The translations under genes and the position numbers were made by a program. A DNA stretch of 60,717 bases, filler included, from Sphacelaria rigidula (taxonomy: Eukaryota), in NCBI GenBank assembly GCA_964200075.2. It is 9 parts of 9 records of this genome, joined end to end, with 100 filler letters (N's around TTAATTAATTAA, not from the genome) between each part and the next. Parts side by side here need not be neighbours in the genome. Positions count along the whole stretch, not along the records: positions 6,759 to 13,416 come from CAXNAA020018787.1; positions 13,517 to 20,174 come from CAXNAA020018788.1; positions 20,275 to 26,932 come from CAXNAA020018789.1; 6 more parts are not named here. One strand, given 5' to 3'. Below, one piece after another: positions 11,929 through 23,930 of the stretch (its first letter is position 1; each line of letters opens with the position of its first letter). Under the pieces are notes generated by a model. It did not search any database and had not been told where the DNA came from. It was given only the letters and a program-made list of their open reading frames with translations.

Positions 11929-13300
11929 ATGGACGACAACACTGATTTAGTGGTTACTGAATCACCTGGTGTGCGCTGTCAAAGCTGTCGTGCTTTGTAC
12001 GGCAAAACCACGCGGCACATGGCGAGAAAAAGACAAATCTTTCGTTTCATGCATGATCAGCTGCTTCTTCAGGAATTATTCCGCGTTTTTTTTCGTGGCT
12101 ATGTTCCTCGATCAGCTCAGAGATAGGGCATGTGAGATGTTGGTTTCAGCATTCGGTGCAAAGGTGGTCATGTGAGAAATAGGCCTGATCGAATTATGTT
12201 GATTTTCGCTTTCGCCGTGTGGTTCAAAGGTGGTCATGCGCCACTCGTGTCCCATTCAGGAGCCGTCATGTGGGAGCTTGCCCGGTACGTGAAAAGCCAT
12301 GGTCATGCCAAAAGTGTATGAAACACCGGAAGCAATAGCGGGCGCGACACCGTGACATGCTTGAACCGGACGGCCAAAGTAAAGGCTCGATATGACCGTC
12401 AGCGAACCGGCCACGCGTCTTATATCACCATCATATAGCTGGCCCAAGAACATTGAGGATTGAGGACGGCACACGTGATATTCCGGACATGTGAAAAAAC
12501 AACCAGTCATGCATAAAAGTGAAGCGATGTGTTATTTAGACATCTGCGCAGCAATAGCATATGAAGTAGGCAAGCTCTGAAAGTGTGCACAGTGAAACTT
12601 CACGGAAGATGAACAATGACCATACACGGAGAATACCCACGAGCGTTTCCCCGGAGATGTCGGCCAGGCAACATTTCGGGACAGGATGGGTCGCAATACA
12701 TGCATGGACACCAGTGACAGTCTCTCCTGGTGTAGAAATGACCATGAAGGTACAAGCATGCCTATGGGTAGCCATCTCATGGACAAAACCTATGGAACTG
12801 TCGCAACGCTGGTAGCTGTCGATGGGACGAAGGTTCTTCAGGGAGTGTTCGACGGGCCAAATATTTTGAAGGCGTGAAAAAGACATCCTCGGAAAACAAT
12901 ATATGTCGGACGTTTGGGACTGTGTCGGTCAGATAAGAAAATCGTTACCCGCACGACTCCTCAGGCAGGTGACCTTGTTCGGTAGCCCTGCGTATTATCT
13001 CTCGCCCCGGCGGAGCTCATGATAGCTCGTACCACTGCTGTTTGGACGCTCAAACATCATGTGAGATATATGATGAGCGGAAATGAATACCCGGAGGGTT
13101 TCGTGCCCCATGCATCTGGCCCGTCGTTGTTGTTCGAGCTCGTGTACGGCACAGCTTGTGGGGCCGACCCAAAAACATGTCCACATCAACAGTTGAACAC
13201 CATTAGCGATATCCGCGGCAGTTAGACCACACTGGAGACCGCAGATCCAATTTCCCGTTCCGTTGAAAACCGTGTGCGATGGTGCGGTATCTGAGCTTCG
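11929..13300 (+). pseudogene. Possible heavily decayed CxC/KDZ (Kyakuja-Dileera-Zisupton)-type transposase relic
   Basis: Fragments VRCQSCRALY...QIFRFMHDQLLLQELFRVFF and YMMSGNEYPEGF...FELVYGTACG resemble CxC and ES-P/YD-AC motifs; many stops and frameshifts. Confidence 0.3.
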
Positions 13301-13346
13301 AGATGTAAACCACACTTCGCAGCTCGTTTAACCGGACGTGAACGGA

Positions 13347-13416
13347 GGTCGCCCCGGTGACTCAGTTGGTAACCTCGTAACCTTCTGACGGTTGAGTGGT
13401 GGGGTTCGATTCCCGG
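13347..13416 (+). mobile_element. tRNA-derived SINE head (truncated by contig end)
   Basis: A-box-like TGACTCAGTTGG and B-box GGTTCGATTCC; anticodon-like hairpin AACC-TTCTGAC-GGTT; the D-stem cannot pair; homologous copy at 40367-40446. Confidence 0.7.
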
Positions 13417-13516
13417 NNNNNNNNNNNNNNNNNNNNNNNNNNNNNNNNNNNNNNNNNNNNTTAATTAATTAANNNNNNNNNNNNNNNNNNNNNNNNNNNN
13501 NNNNNNNNNNNNNNNN

Positions 13517-16500
13517 ACCGCGGCGGTAGGTCATCACGAGCCATGTACAGCCCTACACAGCGGTGCAGCAGGTAGGTGAACGAACTGATGTGCAGAAGGG
13601 ATCATCGTCAACTTGCCCAGCGTCGCCCACCGTCACCGACCACGACCATCGTACCTCGGTCGAATGGGGCATCGCTAGACCGCGATGCGGGTTGTCTATC
13701 TGCATCACGCATACCTCTCTGTTTGAAATTGATGCCGATTCAGCCGGTGACGTATCCTGGCGGAAAAAGCGTAGCCCGTCCGACTGCGTGGGTCGTTCAC
13801 CCGAATCGAGCATCGTCCTCCACGTGGACTCGATGCCGACTCAACGGATGACCTACTCTCGCCGTCTACGAGAAGACAAACCGCTTGACCGCGGCGGTAG
13901 GTCATCACGAGCCATGTACAGCCCTACACAGCGGTGCAGCAGGTAGGTGAACGAACTGATGTGCAGAAGGGATCATCGTCAACTTGCCCAGCGTCGCCCA
14001 CCGTCACCGACCACAACCATCGTACCTCGGTCGGATGAATCATCGCTAGACCGCGATGCGGGTTGTCTATCTGCATCACGCATACCTCTCTGTTTGAAAT
14101 TGATGCCGATTCAGCCGGTCACGTATCCTGGCGGACAAAGCGTAGCCCGTCCGACTGCGTGGGTCGTTCATCCGAATCAAGCATCGTCCTTCACGTGGAC
14201 TCGATGCCGACTCAACGGATGACCTACTCTCGCCGTCTACGAGAAGACCGCTTGACCGCGGCGGTAGGTCATCACGAGCCATGTACAGCCCTACACAGCG
14301 GTGCAGCAGGTAGGTGAACGAAATGATGTGCAGAAGGGATCATCGTCAACTTGCCCAGCGTCGCCCACCGTCACCGACCACGACCATCGTACCTCGGTCG
14401 AATGGGTCATCGCTAGACCGCGATGCGGGTTGTCTATCTGCATCACGCATACCTCTCTGTTTGAAATTGATGCCGATTCAGCCGGCCACGTATCCTGGCG
14501 GACAAAGCGTAGACCGTCCGACTGCGTGGGTCGTTCACCCGAATCGAGCATCGTCCTCCACGTGGACTCGATGGCGACTCAACGGATGACCTACTCTCGC
14601 CGTCTAAGGAAAAACCGCTTGACCGCGGCGGTACGTCATCACGAGCCATGTACAGCCCTACACAGCGGTGCAGCAGGTAGGTGAACGAAATGATGTGCAG
14701 AAGGGATCATCGTCAACTTGCCAAGCGTCGCCCACCGCCACCGACCACGACCATCGTACCTCGGTCGAATGGGTCACCGCTAGACCGCGATGCGGGTTGT
14801 CTATTTACTCCACGCATACCTCTCTGTTTGAAATTGATGCCGATTCAGCCGGTCACGTATCCTGGCGGACAAAGCGTAGCCCGTCCGACTGCGTGGGTCG
14901 TTTATCCGAACCAAGCATCATCGTTCACGTGGACTCGATGCCGACTCAACAGATGACCTACTCTCGCCGTCTAGGGGTAAACCGTTCGACCGCGGAGGTA
15001 CGTCATCACGAGCCATGTACAGCCCTACACAGCGGTGCAGCAGGTAGGTGAACGAAATGATGTGCAGAAGGGATCATCGTCAACTTGCCCAGCGTCGCCC
15101 ACTGTCACCGTCCACGACCATCTCACCTCGGTCAAATGAGTCACCGCTAGACCGCGATGCGGGTAATCCATCTGCATCACGCACACCTCTCTGTTTGAAA
15201 TTGATGCCGATTGGGCAGGTGACGTACCCTGGCGGACAAAGTGTAGCCTGTCCGACTGCGTGGGTCGTTCACCCGAATCAAGCATCGTCCTTCACGTGGA
15301 CTCGATGCCGACTCAACAGATGACCTACTCTCGCCGTCTAGGGGTGAACCGCTTGACCGCGGCGGTAGGTCATCACGGGCCATGTACAGCCATACACAGC
15401 GGTGCAGCAGGTAGGTGAACGAAATGATGTGCAGAAGGGATCATCATCAGCTTGCCAAGCGTCGCTTACCGTCACCGTCCACCACCATCTTACCTCGGTC
15501 AAATGGGTAACCGCTGGGCCGCGATGCGGGTAATCCATCTGGATCACGCATACCTCTCTGTTTAATTTCGACAGCGATTCAGCGGTAAACTACCCTGGCG
15601 GACAAAGCGTGACCCGTTCCTCTGCGGGGGTTGTTCATCCGAATCGAGCATCGTCCTCCTGGTCGAATCGATGCCGACTCAACAGATGACCTACTCTCGC
15701 CGTCTAGGGTGGAACCGCTTGACCACGGCGATCACGGACCAGATACAGCCATACACAGCGATACAGTAGGCACGCGACTGGAATGATACGCAGAAACAAC
15801 CGTCGTCAACGTGCCAAGCACCGCCCGCCGTCAGCAACAACGACCATCTGACCTAGGGCAAATGGGTCACCATTAGACCGCTATGTGGGTAATCCAGCTG
15901 GATCACGCATACCTTTCTGTTTGAAATGGATGCCGATCAAGCGGTAAACCACCCTGGCGGACAAAGCGTGACCCGTCCGACTGCGTGGGTCGTTCATCCG
16001 AATCGAGCATCGTCCTTCACGTGGACTCGATGCCGACTCAACAGATGACCTACTCTCGCCGTCTAGGGGTAAACGGCTCGACCGCGGCGGTAGGTCATCA
16101 CGGGCCATGTACAGCCATACACAGCGGTGCAGCAGGTCGGTGAACGAAATGATGTGCAGGAAGAATCATCGTCAGCTTGCCAAGCGTCGCTTACCGTCAC
16201 CGTCCACCACCATCTTACCTCAGTCGAATGGGTAACCGCTGGGCCGCGATTCGGGTAATCCATCTGGATCACGCATACCTCTCTGTTTAATTTCGACAGC
16301 GATTCAGCGGTAAACAACCCTGGCAGACAAAGCGTAACCCGTCCGTCTGCGGGTATCGTTCATCCGAGTCATGCATCGTCCTCCTGGTCGAATCGATGCC
16401 GACTCCACAGATGACCTACTCTCGCCGTCTAGGGCGGAACCGCTTGACCACGGCGATCACGGACCAGATACAGCCATACACAGCGATACAGCAGGCACGC

Positions 16501-19500
16501 GACTGGAATGATACGCAGAAACAACCGTCGTCAACGTGCCAAGCACCGCCCGCCGTCAGCAACAACGACCATCTGACCTAGGGCAAATGGGTCACCATTA
16601 GACCGCTATGTGGGTAATCCGTCTGGATCACGCATACCTTTCTGTTTGAAATGGATNNNNNNNNNNNNNNNNNNNNNNNNNNNNNNNNNNNNNNNNNNNN
16701 NNNNNNNNNNNNNNNNNNNNNNNNNNNNNNNNNNNNNNNNNNNNNNNNNNNNNNNNNNNNNNNNNNNNNNNNNNNNNNNNNNNNNNNNNNNNNNNNNNNN
16801 NNNNNNNNNNNNNNNNNNNNNNNNNNNNNNNNNNNNNNNNNNNNNNNNNNNNNNNNNNNNNNNNNNNNNNNNNNNNNNNNNNNNNNNNNNNNNNNNNNNN
16901 NNNNNNNNNNNNNNNNNNNNNNNTGACCACGGCGATCACGGGCCAGATACAGCCATACACAGCGATACAGCAGGCACGCGACTGGAATGATACGCAGAAA
17001 CAACCGTCGTCAACGTGCCAAGCACCGCCCGCCGCCAGCAACAACGACCATCCGACCTCGGTCAGATGGGTCACCATTAGACCGCTATGTGGGTAATCCG
17101 TCTGGATCACGCATACCTTTCTGTTTGAAATGGATGCCGATCTAGCGGTACACCACCCTGGCGGACAAAGCGTAGCCCGTCCGACTGCGTGGATCGTCCA
17201 TCCGAATCATGCATCGTCCTCCTGGTGGAATCGATGCCGACTCAACAGATGACCTACTCTCGCCGTCTGGGGGTGAACCATTTCACCGCGGTGGTAGGTC
17301 ATCACGGGCCATTTACAGCTATACACAGCGGTACGGCAGGCACGCGACTGGAATGATTCGCAGACACAATCGTCGTCAACGTGCCCAGCACCGCCCACCA
17401 TCACCGACCACAATCTGTTGACCTCGGTCGAATGGATCACCGCTAGACCGCGATGCCGGTGATTCGTCTGGATCACGCATACCTCTCCGCTTGATACTGA
17501 TGACATCCAGCGGTAAACCACCCTGGCGGACAAAGCGTAACCCGTCCGACTGCGTGGGTCGTTCATCCGAATCCAGCGTCGTCCTTCAGATGAAATCGAT
17601 GCCGACTCAACAGATGACCTACTCTCGCCGTCTAGGGAGGAACCGATTGGCCGCGGCGGTGGGTCATCACGGGCCATATACAGTAATACACAGCAGTACA
17701 GCAGGTAAATAAACGAGATAATGTGCAGAAGGGATCATTGACAACTTGCCCAGCGTCGCCCACCGTCACCGACCACGACCATCTGACCTCCGTCAAATGA
17801 GTCACCGCTAGACCGCGATGCGGGTAATCCATCTGGATCACGCATACCGTTCTGTTTGAAGTTGATGCCCATTCAGCAGGTGACGTACCCTGGCGGACAA
17901 AGCGTAGCCCGTCCGACTGCGTTGGTCGTTCATCCGAATCAAGAATCGTCGTTCTGGTGGAATTGAAGCCGACTCAACAGATGACCTACTCCCGCCGCCT
18001 AGGGCTAAACCGCTTGACCGCGGCGATAGGTCATCACGGGCCTCGTACAGCGATACACAGCGGTACAGCAGGTACGTGAACGAAATCATGTGCAGAAGGG
18101 ATCATTGTCAAGTTGCCCAGTGTCGCTTACCGTCACCGTCCACGATCATCTTTCTTTGGTCGAATTGGTCACCGCTAGACCGCGATGGGGGTAATTCATC
18201 TGGATCACGCATACCTTTCTGTTTGAAATTGATGCCGATTCAGCAGGTGACGTGCCTTGGCGGACAAAGCGTAACCCGTTCGTCTGCCTGGGTCAGTCAT
18301 CCGAATCAAGCATTTTCCTTCACGTGGAATCGATGCCGACTCAACAGATGACCTACCCTCGCCGTCTAGGGGTGTACCGCTTGACCGCGGCGGTAGGTCA
18401 TCACGGGCCCTATTCAGCCATACACAGCCGTACACCAGATACACGACCGAAATCATGTGCAAAACAGTCGTCGACAATATGCCCGGCGTCGCGAACCACC
18501 AGGGACTACAGCATTCCGACTACGGTCAAAGGGCTAGCCGGTCCCGCGGTCGAAGGATCACCCGTTTCACTTCGGCGATAGTTCAGTACGTGTCACATAC
18601 AGCCATACACAGCGGCACAGCGGGCACGCGACTGGAATGATACGCAGAACCATTGTCGTCGACGTGCTCAGCGCCGCCCACCGTCACCGACCACGGCTCT
18701 CCAGCCGCGGGCATAAGGTTCATCCTCAAACCGCAATGCGGGTAGTCCATATGAAACACGCATACGTTTCTGTTTCAAATCGATGCCGACTCCGCAGTTG
18801 ACTTATCCTGGCGGATAAAGCGTAACCCGTCCGACTGCGGGGGTCGGTCATCCGAATCAAGCATTTTCCTTCACGTGGAATCGATGCCGACTCAACAGAT
18901 GACCTACTCTCGCCGTCTAGGGGTGTACCGCTTGACCGCGGCGGTAGGTCATCACGGGCCATGTACAGCCATACACAGCCGTACACCAAATACACGACCG
19001 AAATCATGTGCAAAACAGTCGTCGACAATATGCCCGGCGTCGCGAACCACCAGAGACTACAGCAATCCGACTACGGTCAAAGGGCTAGCCGGTCCCGCGG
19101 TCGAAGGATCACCCGTTTCACTTCGGCGATAGTTCAGTACGTGTCACATACAGCCATACACAGCGGCACAGAGGGCACGCGACTGGAATGATACGCAGAA
19201 CTATTGTCGTCGACGTGCTCAGTGCCGCCCACCGTCACCGACAACGGCTCTCCAGCCGCGGGCAGAGGGTTTATCCTCAAACCGCAATGCGGGTAGTCCA
19301 CATGGAACACGCATACCTTTCTGTTTCAAATCGATGCCGACTCCGCAGTTGACTTATCCTGGCGGATAAAGCGTAACCCGTCCGACTGCGGGGGTCGTTC
19401 ATCCGAATCAAGCATCGTCCTTCACGTGGAATCGATGCCGACTCAACAGATGACCTACTCTCGCCGTCTAGGAGTGAACCGTTTGACCGCGGCAGTAGGT

Positions 19501-20174
19501 CATCACGGGCCATGTACAGCCAAACACAGCGGTACACCAGATACACGGCCGAAATGATGTGCAGAACAGTCGTTGTCAACTTGCCCAGCACCGCCCACCG
19601 TCACCGACCACGACCATCTGACGTAGGTCGTATAGGTCCCCGCTAGACTGCGATGAGGGTAATCCATCTGGATCACACATATCTTTCTGTTCGAAGTTGA
19701 TGTCGATTCAGCAGGTGACCTACCCTGGCGGACAAAGCGTAGCCCGTCCGACTGCGGGGGTCGGTCATCCGAATCAAGCATCGTCCTTCACGTGGAATCG
19801 ATGCCGACTCAACAGATGACCTACCCTCGCCGTCTAGGGGTGAACCGTTTGACCGCGGCGGTAGGTCATCACGGGCCATGTACAGCCATACACAGCGGTA
19901 CACCAAATACACGGCCGGAATGATGTGCAGAACAGTCGTCGACAATATGCCCGGCGTCGCGAACCACCAGAGACTACAGCAATCCGACTACGGTCAAAGG
20001 GCTAGCCGGTCCCGCGGTCGAAGGATCACCCGTTTCACTTCGGCGATAGTTCAGTACGTGTCACATACAGCCATACACAGCGGCACAGCGGGCACGCGAC
20101 TGGAATGATACGCAGAACCATTGTCGTCGACGTGCTCAGCGCCGCCCACCGTCACCGACCACGGCTCTCCAGCC
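13517..20174. repeat. Tandem satellite, ~367-bp monomer, about 17-18 units, with 359-bp and 551-bp variants
   Basis: Unit starts at 13517, 13888, 14255, 14622, 14989, 15356, 15722, 16081, 16447, (gap 16657-16923), 16926, 17285, 17650, 18017, 18384, 18935, 19486, 19852. Periods are mostly not multiples of 3, so it is treated as non-coding. Confidence 0.97.
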
Positions 20175-20880
20175 NNNNNNNNNNNNNNNNNNNNNNNNNN
20201 NNNNNNNNNNNNNNNNNNTTAATTAATTAANNNNNNNNNNNNNNNNNNNNNNNNNNNNNNNNNNNNNNNNNNNNGGTCAAAAACCTTGTCAAATGTCCTG
20301 AAAGTGGAAAATAAGAGCCAAGCAAAATACGAACCGGAAGGAACGGCCCAACACTGTCTTGCGTGCTTACAGCTACACGTAGATATATCTTACCCAGGGA
20401 TATCAAAGGCTCTAGTGACAAGCTACTGCAGAAAACGTATTTCGTGCCTCGGAGAGGGGCATATCGGAACTGAAACATTCCATTAATTACCCGACCGCTC
20501 CTCACTCTCAATCGTATCCTGGACTCTCATTATCACGAAAACAATGTCTTGTATGTGTTGTTTGTAAAGTAGACGTATGCATGTACATAGTACACAGCTA
20601 CTGTTACGTTTCCGTGACGACATGCATGGACTTACTTTACTATGCCAGTTAATTAATAAATTCTAGATGTTCCAGTATGTTGTACACTATTAACATGATC
20701 TTTTTTAATTCAGATTCAGCGCAGAGAAGAGATTATCCTGGGAAGATATATGGCCACAATCAGCACAGACAGCTGGCGCCGCAGCCGTGAATCAGCGGTA
20801 GAGGATCGAATCAGCGTGGCCAAGGACGAACGTCACTGCACCGGTCGAAGGCTCTTGGTACTCAAACCCTGCCCCGTTCC

Positions 20881-21234
20881 GGGAGTTTGTGTCGGAACGG
20901 GAGGTTTTTCTTGATTTTCACCAAGGCGGTCAAATTATCCAAAACGGTCGCCCTCGCCTTGAAATTCTGTGTTCTGACGGGAATTTTGGCGCAATCAGAT
21001 TTTAAGTTATTGGCGGCGCCTGTCATGCGATACGGCCGATAATGTGTATTTTCCTCTTTTTTTTTTTACACAGTTTTCCCTACAACTCTGCACTGAACAC
21101 GTCGATATGAAATCGTTTTGGACCAAAATTTCCGTCAGATCCCCAGTTTTCGGGGGGGTGACGGCCGTTTTGGACGATTCGCCCGTGTTGGTGTAAATCA
21201 CGAAAAGCCTCGCGTTCCGAGAAAACACCGTTCC
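20881..21234. mobile_element. Foldback/MITE-like element with ~120-bp imperfect inverted arms
   Basis: 20886-21005 (TCGGAACGGGAGGTTTTTCTTGATTTTCACCAA...CTGACGGGAATTTTGG) is inverted at 21106-21230 (CCAAAATTTCCGTCAG...TTGGTGTAAATCACGAAAAGCCTCGCGTTCCGA). Confidence 0.75.
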
Positions 21235-21437
21235 TAATCTCACGAACATGCATGTTGTTCACTGTGTTCTGAGAGCCGGGAGCGCCACTCTGTGCACCGG
21301 AGCAAGGTTCCTGATCGTGTCTGACGTGGAGCTAGACTTGCGCATCATCACATAACGCGCCACTTCCTTAGATCAAAGGCAGCGAGGGTGCGCGATTTTT
21401 TTCCCCGCACACCTACGCCCCCCCCCGCGGGTGGGCA

Positions 21438-21672
21438 ATGGACGCGGCAAGAAAAAATCAACTAACTGCGATTTCGGGTGGGGGACCTGGACCTGCCAGA
21501 AAGAAGAAAGAGATGCAACAGTAGTTGAGAGGAGGAGGAAGTGGATGCAGAGAATCGCCCTTGTGGCAAAGCGATAGAGAGCAGGAGTCATGCAGTGGCA
21601 GGATGTGAACTATACAAGGAGGAACGGGACGTGCCAGAGGGGGATATGTGGGACTTGAACGAAGGTGGCTTC
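21438..21672 (+). mobile_element. LINE ORF2 C-terminal fragment
   Basis: Encodes LRFRVGDLDLPERRKR...CGKAIESRSHAVAGCELYKEERDV; homologous to 34640-34870 (-). Confidence 0.85.
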
Positions 21673-23675
21673 TGTCACGAATCTGCCCATAGAAGTCGTA
21701 CACTCTAACGCGAAGTCATCCACATTCTGATCGTCTTCCTGTTTAAGATCGGCTATTGCGCGAGCTAGCAGTGCTAGTCGGTTCGGTGGAAGGGAAGCGA
21801 TGTGTGTCAGCCGCAGCCCATTCCGTCCATGTTTTCGGAGCTATGGGCGAGGAGTCTTTCCCCCTCAACACGAGGTCCTGTACCACCGATTGTGGTCGCC
21901 ACTCAACTTTTCCGCTTCCTAGTGGTGTGTACAGTTTGTCTGCTGATCCTCGAAGAAGGATAAGCGACAATCGTTCGATAGCATGGCGTCGTACGGTGGG
22001 TTCAGGACAATCGTCGGGGGCTTGTATCCGAGCTCGATCGAGGAAAGCGTTGAGGATTGCGGGCACGTCTTCGCCCCGTTTTCCTTCTAGAATGGAGATT
22101 GGCGGAAGGTCTGACAGTCTCATCGAGAATGTTCGTGTTCCGGTGGTGCCACTGTGGCTTGCTTGTGGCGGAGTCAGCACTTGACCGGATAGAGTCTCTA
22201 TGTTGTGGTTACCTTCCTTTGCGTTTGTGAGGCTTGTTGGCTTGTTGGCTAATCTAAGATCGAAGTACGAGAGTTCTCAATGAATTGGATTGGCGTGGCA
22301 TTAGGCGGTGCGACGTTGAAGTTGAGTGATACTACGGTACGGGTGCACAAATACTTTCTGAGGGTAGAATTGTTAGGAGCCCTTCACCTCATCCAAAATA
22401 CGACTTTTGAAGTGCGTGAGAGTACGCCAGGATTACTATTCTTATATGCTACGGATATCCCGAATGAATTTGCAGACGGGGGTGCCCTGAACCATAGTGT
22501 ATGTAGGATCCTTCGGAGCTCCTGGACCAGACAAAATTTTGCGCAGAAAGTACATCACTACCGTAGCATTGCTCAGTTGTCGAAATTGCCAAAATTGTCG
22601 ACCGGCTCGTTAACACTATCCCAGGGGGTAGCCATATCGCTCTGTAATACAGTACTGTTACTTGAATGTTCGAGCTCTGATGCTACAGGATTGAAGAACG
22701 CCGATATCTGTACGATCCCCTTGTCTTGAGGCACTGCGAATCCCAGCGCCTGCATGACCCACGGAGCTGACTTCCGTCCCCTTTGCTAGCTCTGCTGCGC
22801 GCTTTTGCTCCCCCATGATAGATGGCGGAGTTGGGGCTGGTGTGGAGGTAGAGGATACTGCCGAAGAGTCGCGGAACACATCGTATCGTCTTGTGAAATG
22901 GGAGTACCGCCACCATAGGTCTGTAGCACTCCCAATCATCACTGCTCCCAACCAGGCTGGCTCGCCACCACCAAGCGTGTTCAGAATGCATGTCATACAT
23001 GACGGCGATCTACGGAGGAGCTGCCCCACTCTTCAATGAGAGAGAGATAGACGTGGCCCGAATTTTACTGATTGGCCGAAAAACTCAGGAAATTGTGATT
23101 GGCGCTCGTCAAAGATGAACGTCCCCAGCGAGTGGTCCGCACGACGTGCCGTTAACTCTCGCAAGGTTTCTTTCACTGGACTACCCGATGTTCACGACTC
23201 ACTCCGGAGGATACCTCTTCTACCTCAACGTGTCTCAGTTGAAGCTCACCAAGGAGAAGAGGTTTCCGAGAATACTGTGTCCGGTGGCGTGGAGGCCAAG
23301 TGTGAGTTCCTCGATACTATGGAGTCAGTCATAAGACACTCGCGTGTGAATTACCTTGAATTGGCATGTTCTCTGTCTTTTTCGTCCGGAAGCAGGTTGC
23401 TAGAAATAGTCAAGACTGCTGAATCTTCGGCCATTCGGAAAATTACGGTCCACAGTTCTTGTTCTCTTTATCCGCTATTCTCACGCAATAATTGCCTCGG
23501 CGTCACGGTACATGTACCCAACACACGGCAGAACGATTCGTCATCATCCAGACATCTTCAGTCTGTTGCATTGCGAGTGTAATCCGTATGCCCGAAGACA
23601 AGGAGTCACACACACAAAAAAATCGGGACCAACACAGCAGGGTCGTGATTGCTCACAGAGCTACGATTGATGACA
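21673..23675 (-). mobile_element. Decayed LTR-retrotransposon Gag-like region
   Basis: Collinear minus-strand ORF pieces including LPPISILEGKRGEDVPAILNAFLDRARI...PKTWTEWAAA (21743-22180); bounded by TGTCA (21673) and TGACA (23671-23675), but no TSD found. Confidence 0.45.
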
Positions 23676-23859
23676 GAGCAACTGCGCCCTTCTTTTAAAA
23701 TGCGAATAACGGACACTTTCTACAATAGCCCCCCCCCCCCCCCCCCCCCCCCCCCGCNNNNNNNNNNCTCAACGCGCGCAGATTAAGAACCGACCAACCC
23801 CCCCCTTCTTTTAAAACCCAGAAAACGGACCCTTTCCCACAAAGCCCCCCCCCCCCCCC

Positions 23860-23930
23860 CCGTCTCGAAAGGGATGCGTCGTCAATGGTCAAACGACTAA
23901 GGCAAGCAACAAATAAGTACGTCCCCCCCA
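23860..23930 (+). mobile_element. 5'-truncated LINE 3' end flanked by C-runs
   Basis: CCGTCTCGAAAGGGATGCGTCGTCAATGGTCAAACGACTAAGGCAAGCAACAAATAAGTACGTCCCCCC encodes the ORF2 end PSRKGCVVNGQTTKASNK*. Confidence 0.85.

Noticed and set aside
13347..13416. Functional tRNA-Gln(CTG)
   Set aside because: The D-stem cannot form, T and acceptor stems are irregular, and the two copies differ at key positions.
13700..13770. Minus-strand 42-nt candidate exon per satellite unit (ccgccAG...GAG|GTATGC), as in brown-algal exon-shuffling arrays
   Set aside because: The equivalent segment is 41 nt in some units (e.g. ~15554-15594), and the peptide resembles no LRR or TPR repeat; unsupported without RNA-seq.
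13517..20174. Repeated 60-127 aa ORFs, read as a tandem gene or repeat-protein array
   Set aside because: Unit lengths such as 367, 371, 359 and 551 break frame, and stops vary between units.
13517..20174. Satellite as 5S rRNA, hammerhead retrozyme or CRISPR-like array
   Set aside because: Only an 11-nt match (GGCGAGAGTAG) to 5S, no conserved CTGANGA/GAAA core found, and no unique spacers.
23729..23860. Long poly-C/poly-G tracts with adjacent Ns (also 26877-26932, 31770-31860, 54795-54860)
   Set aside because: Typical of low-quality short-read sequence near gaps; the local sequence is unreliable.
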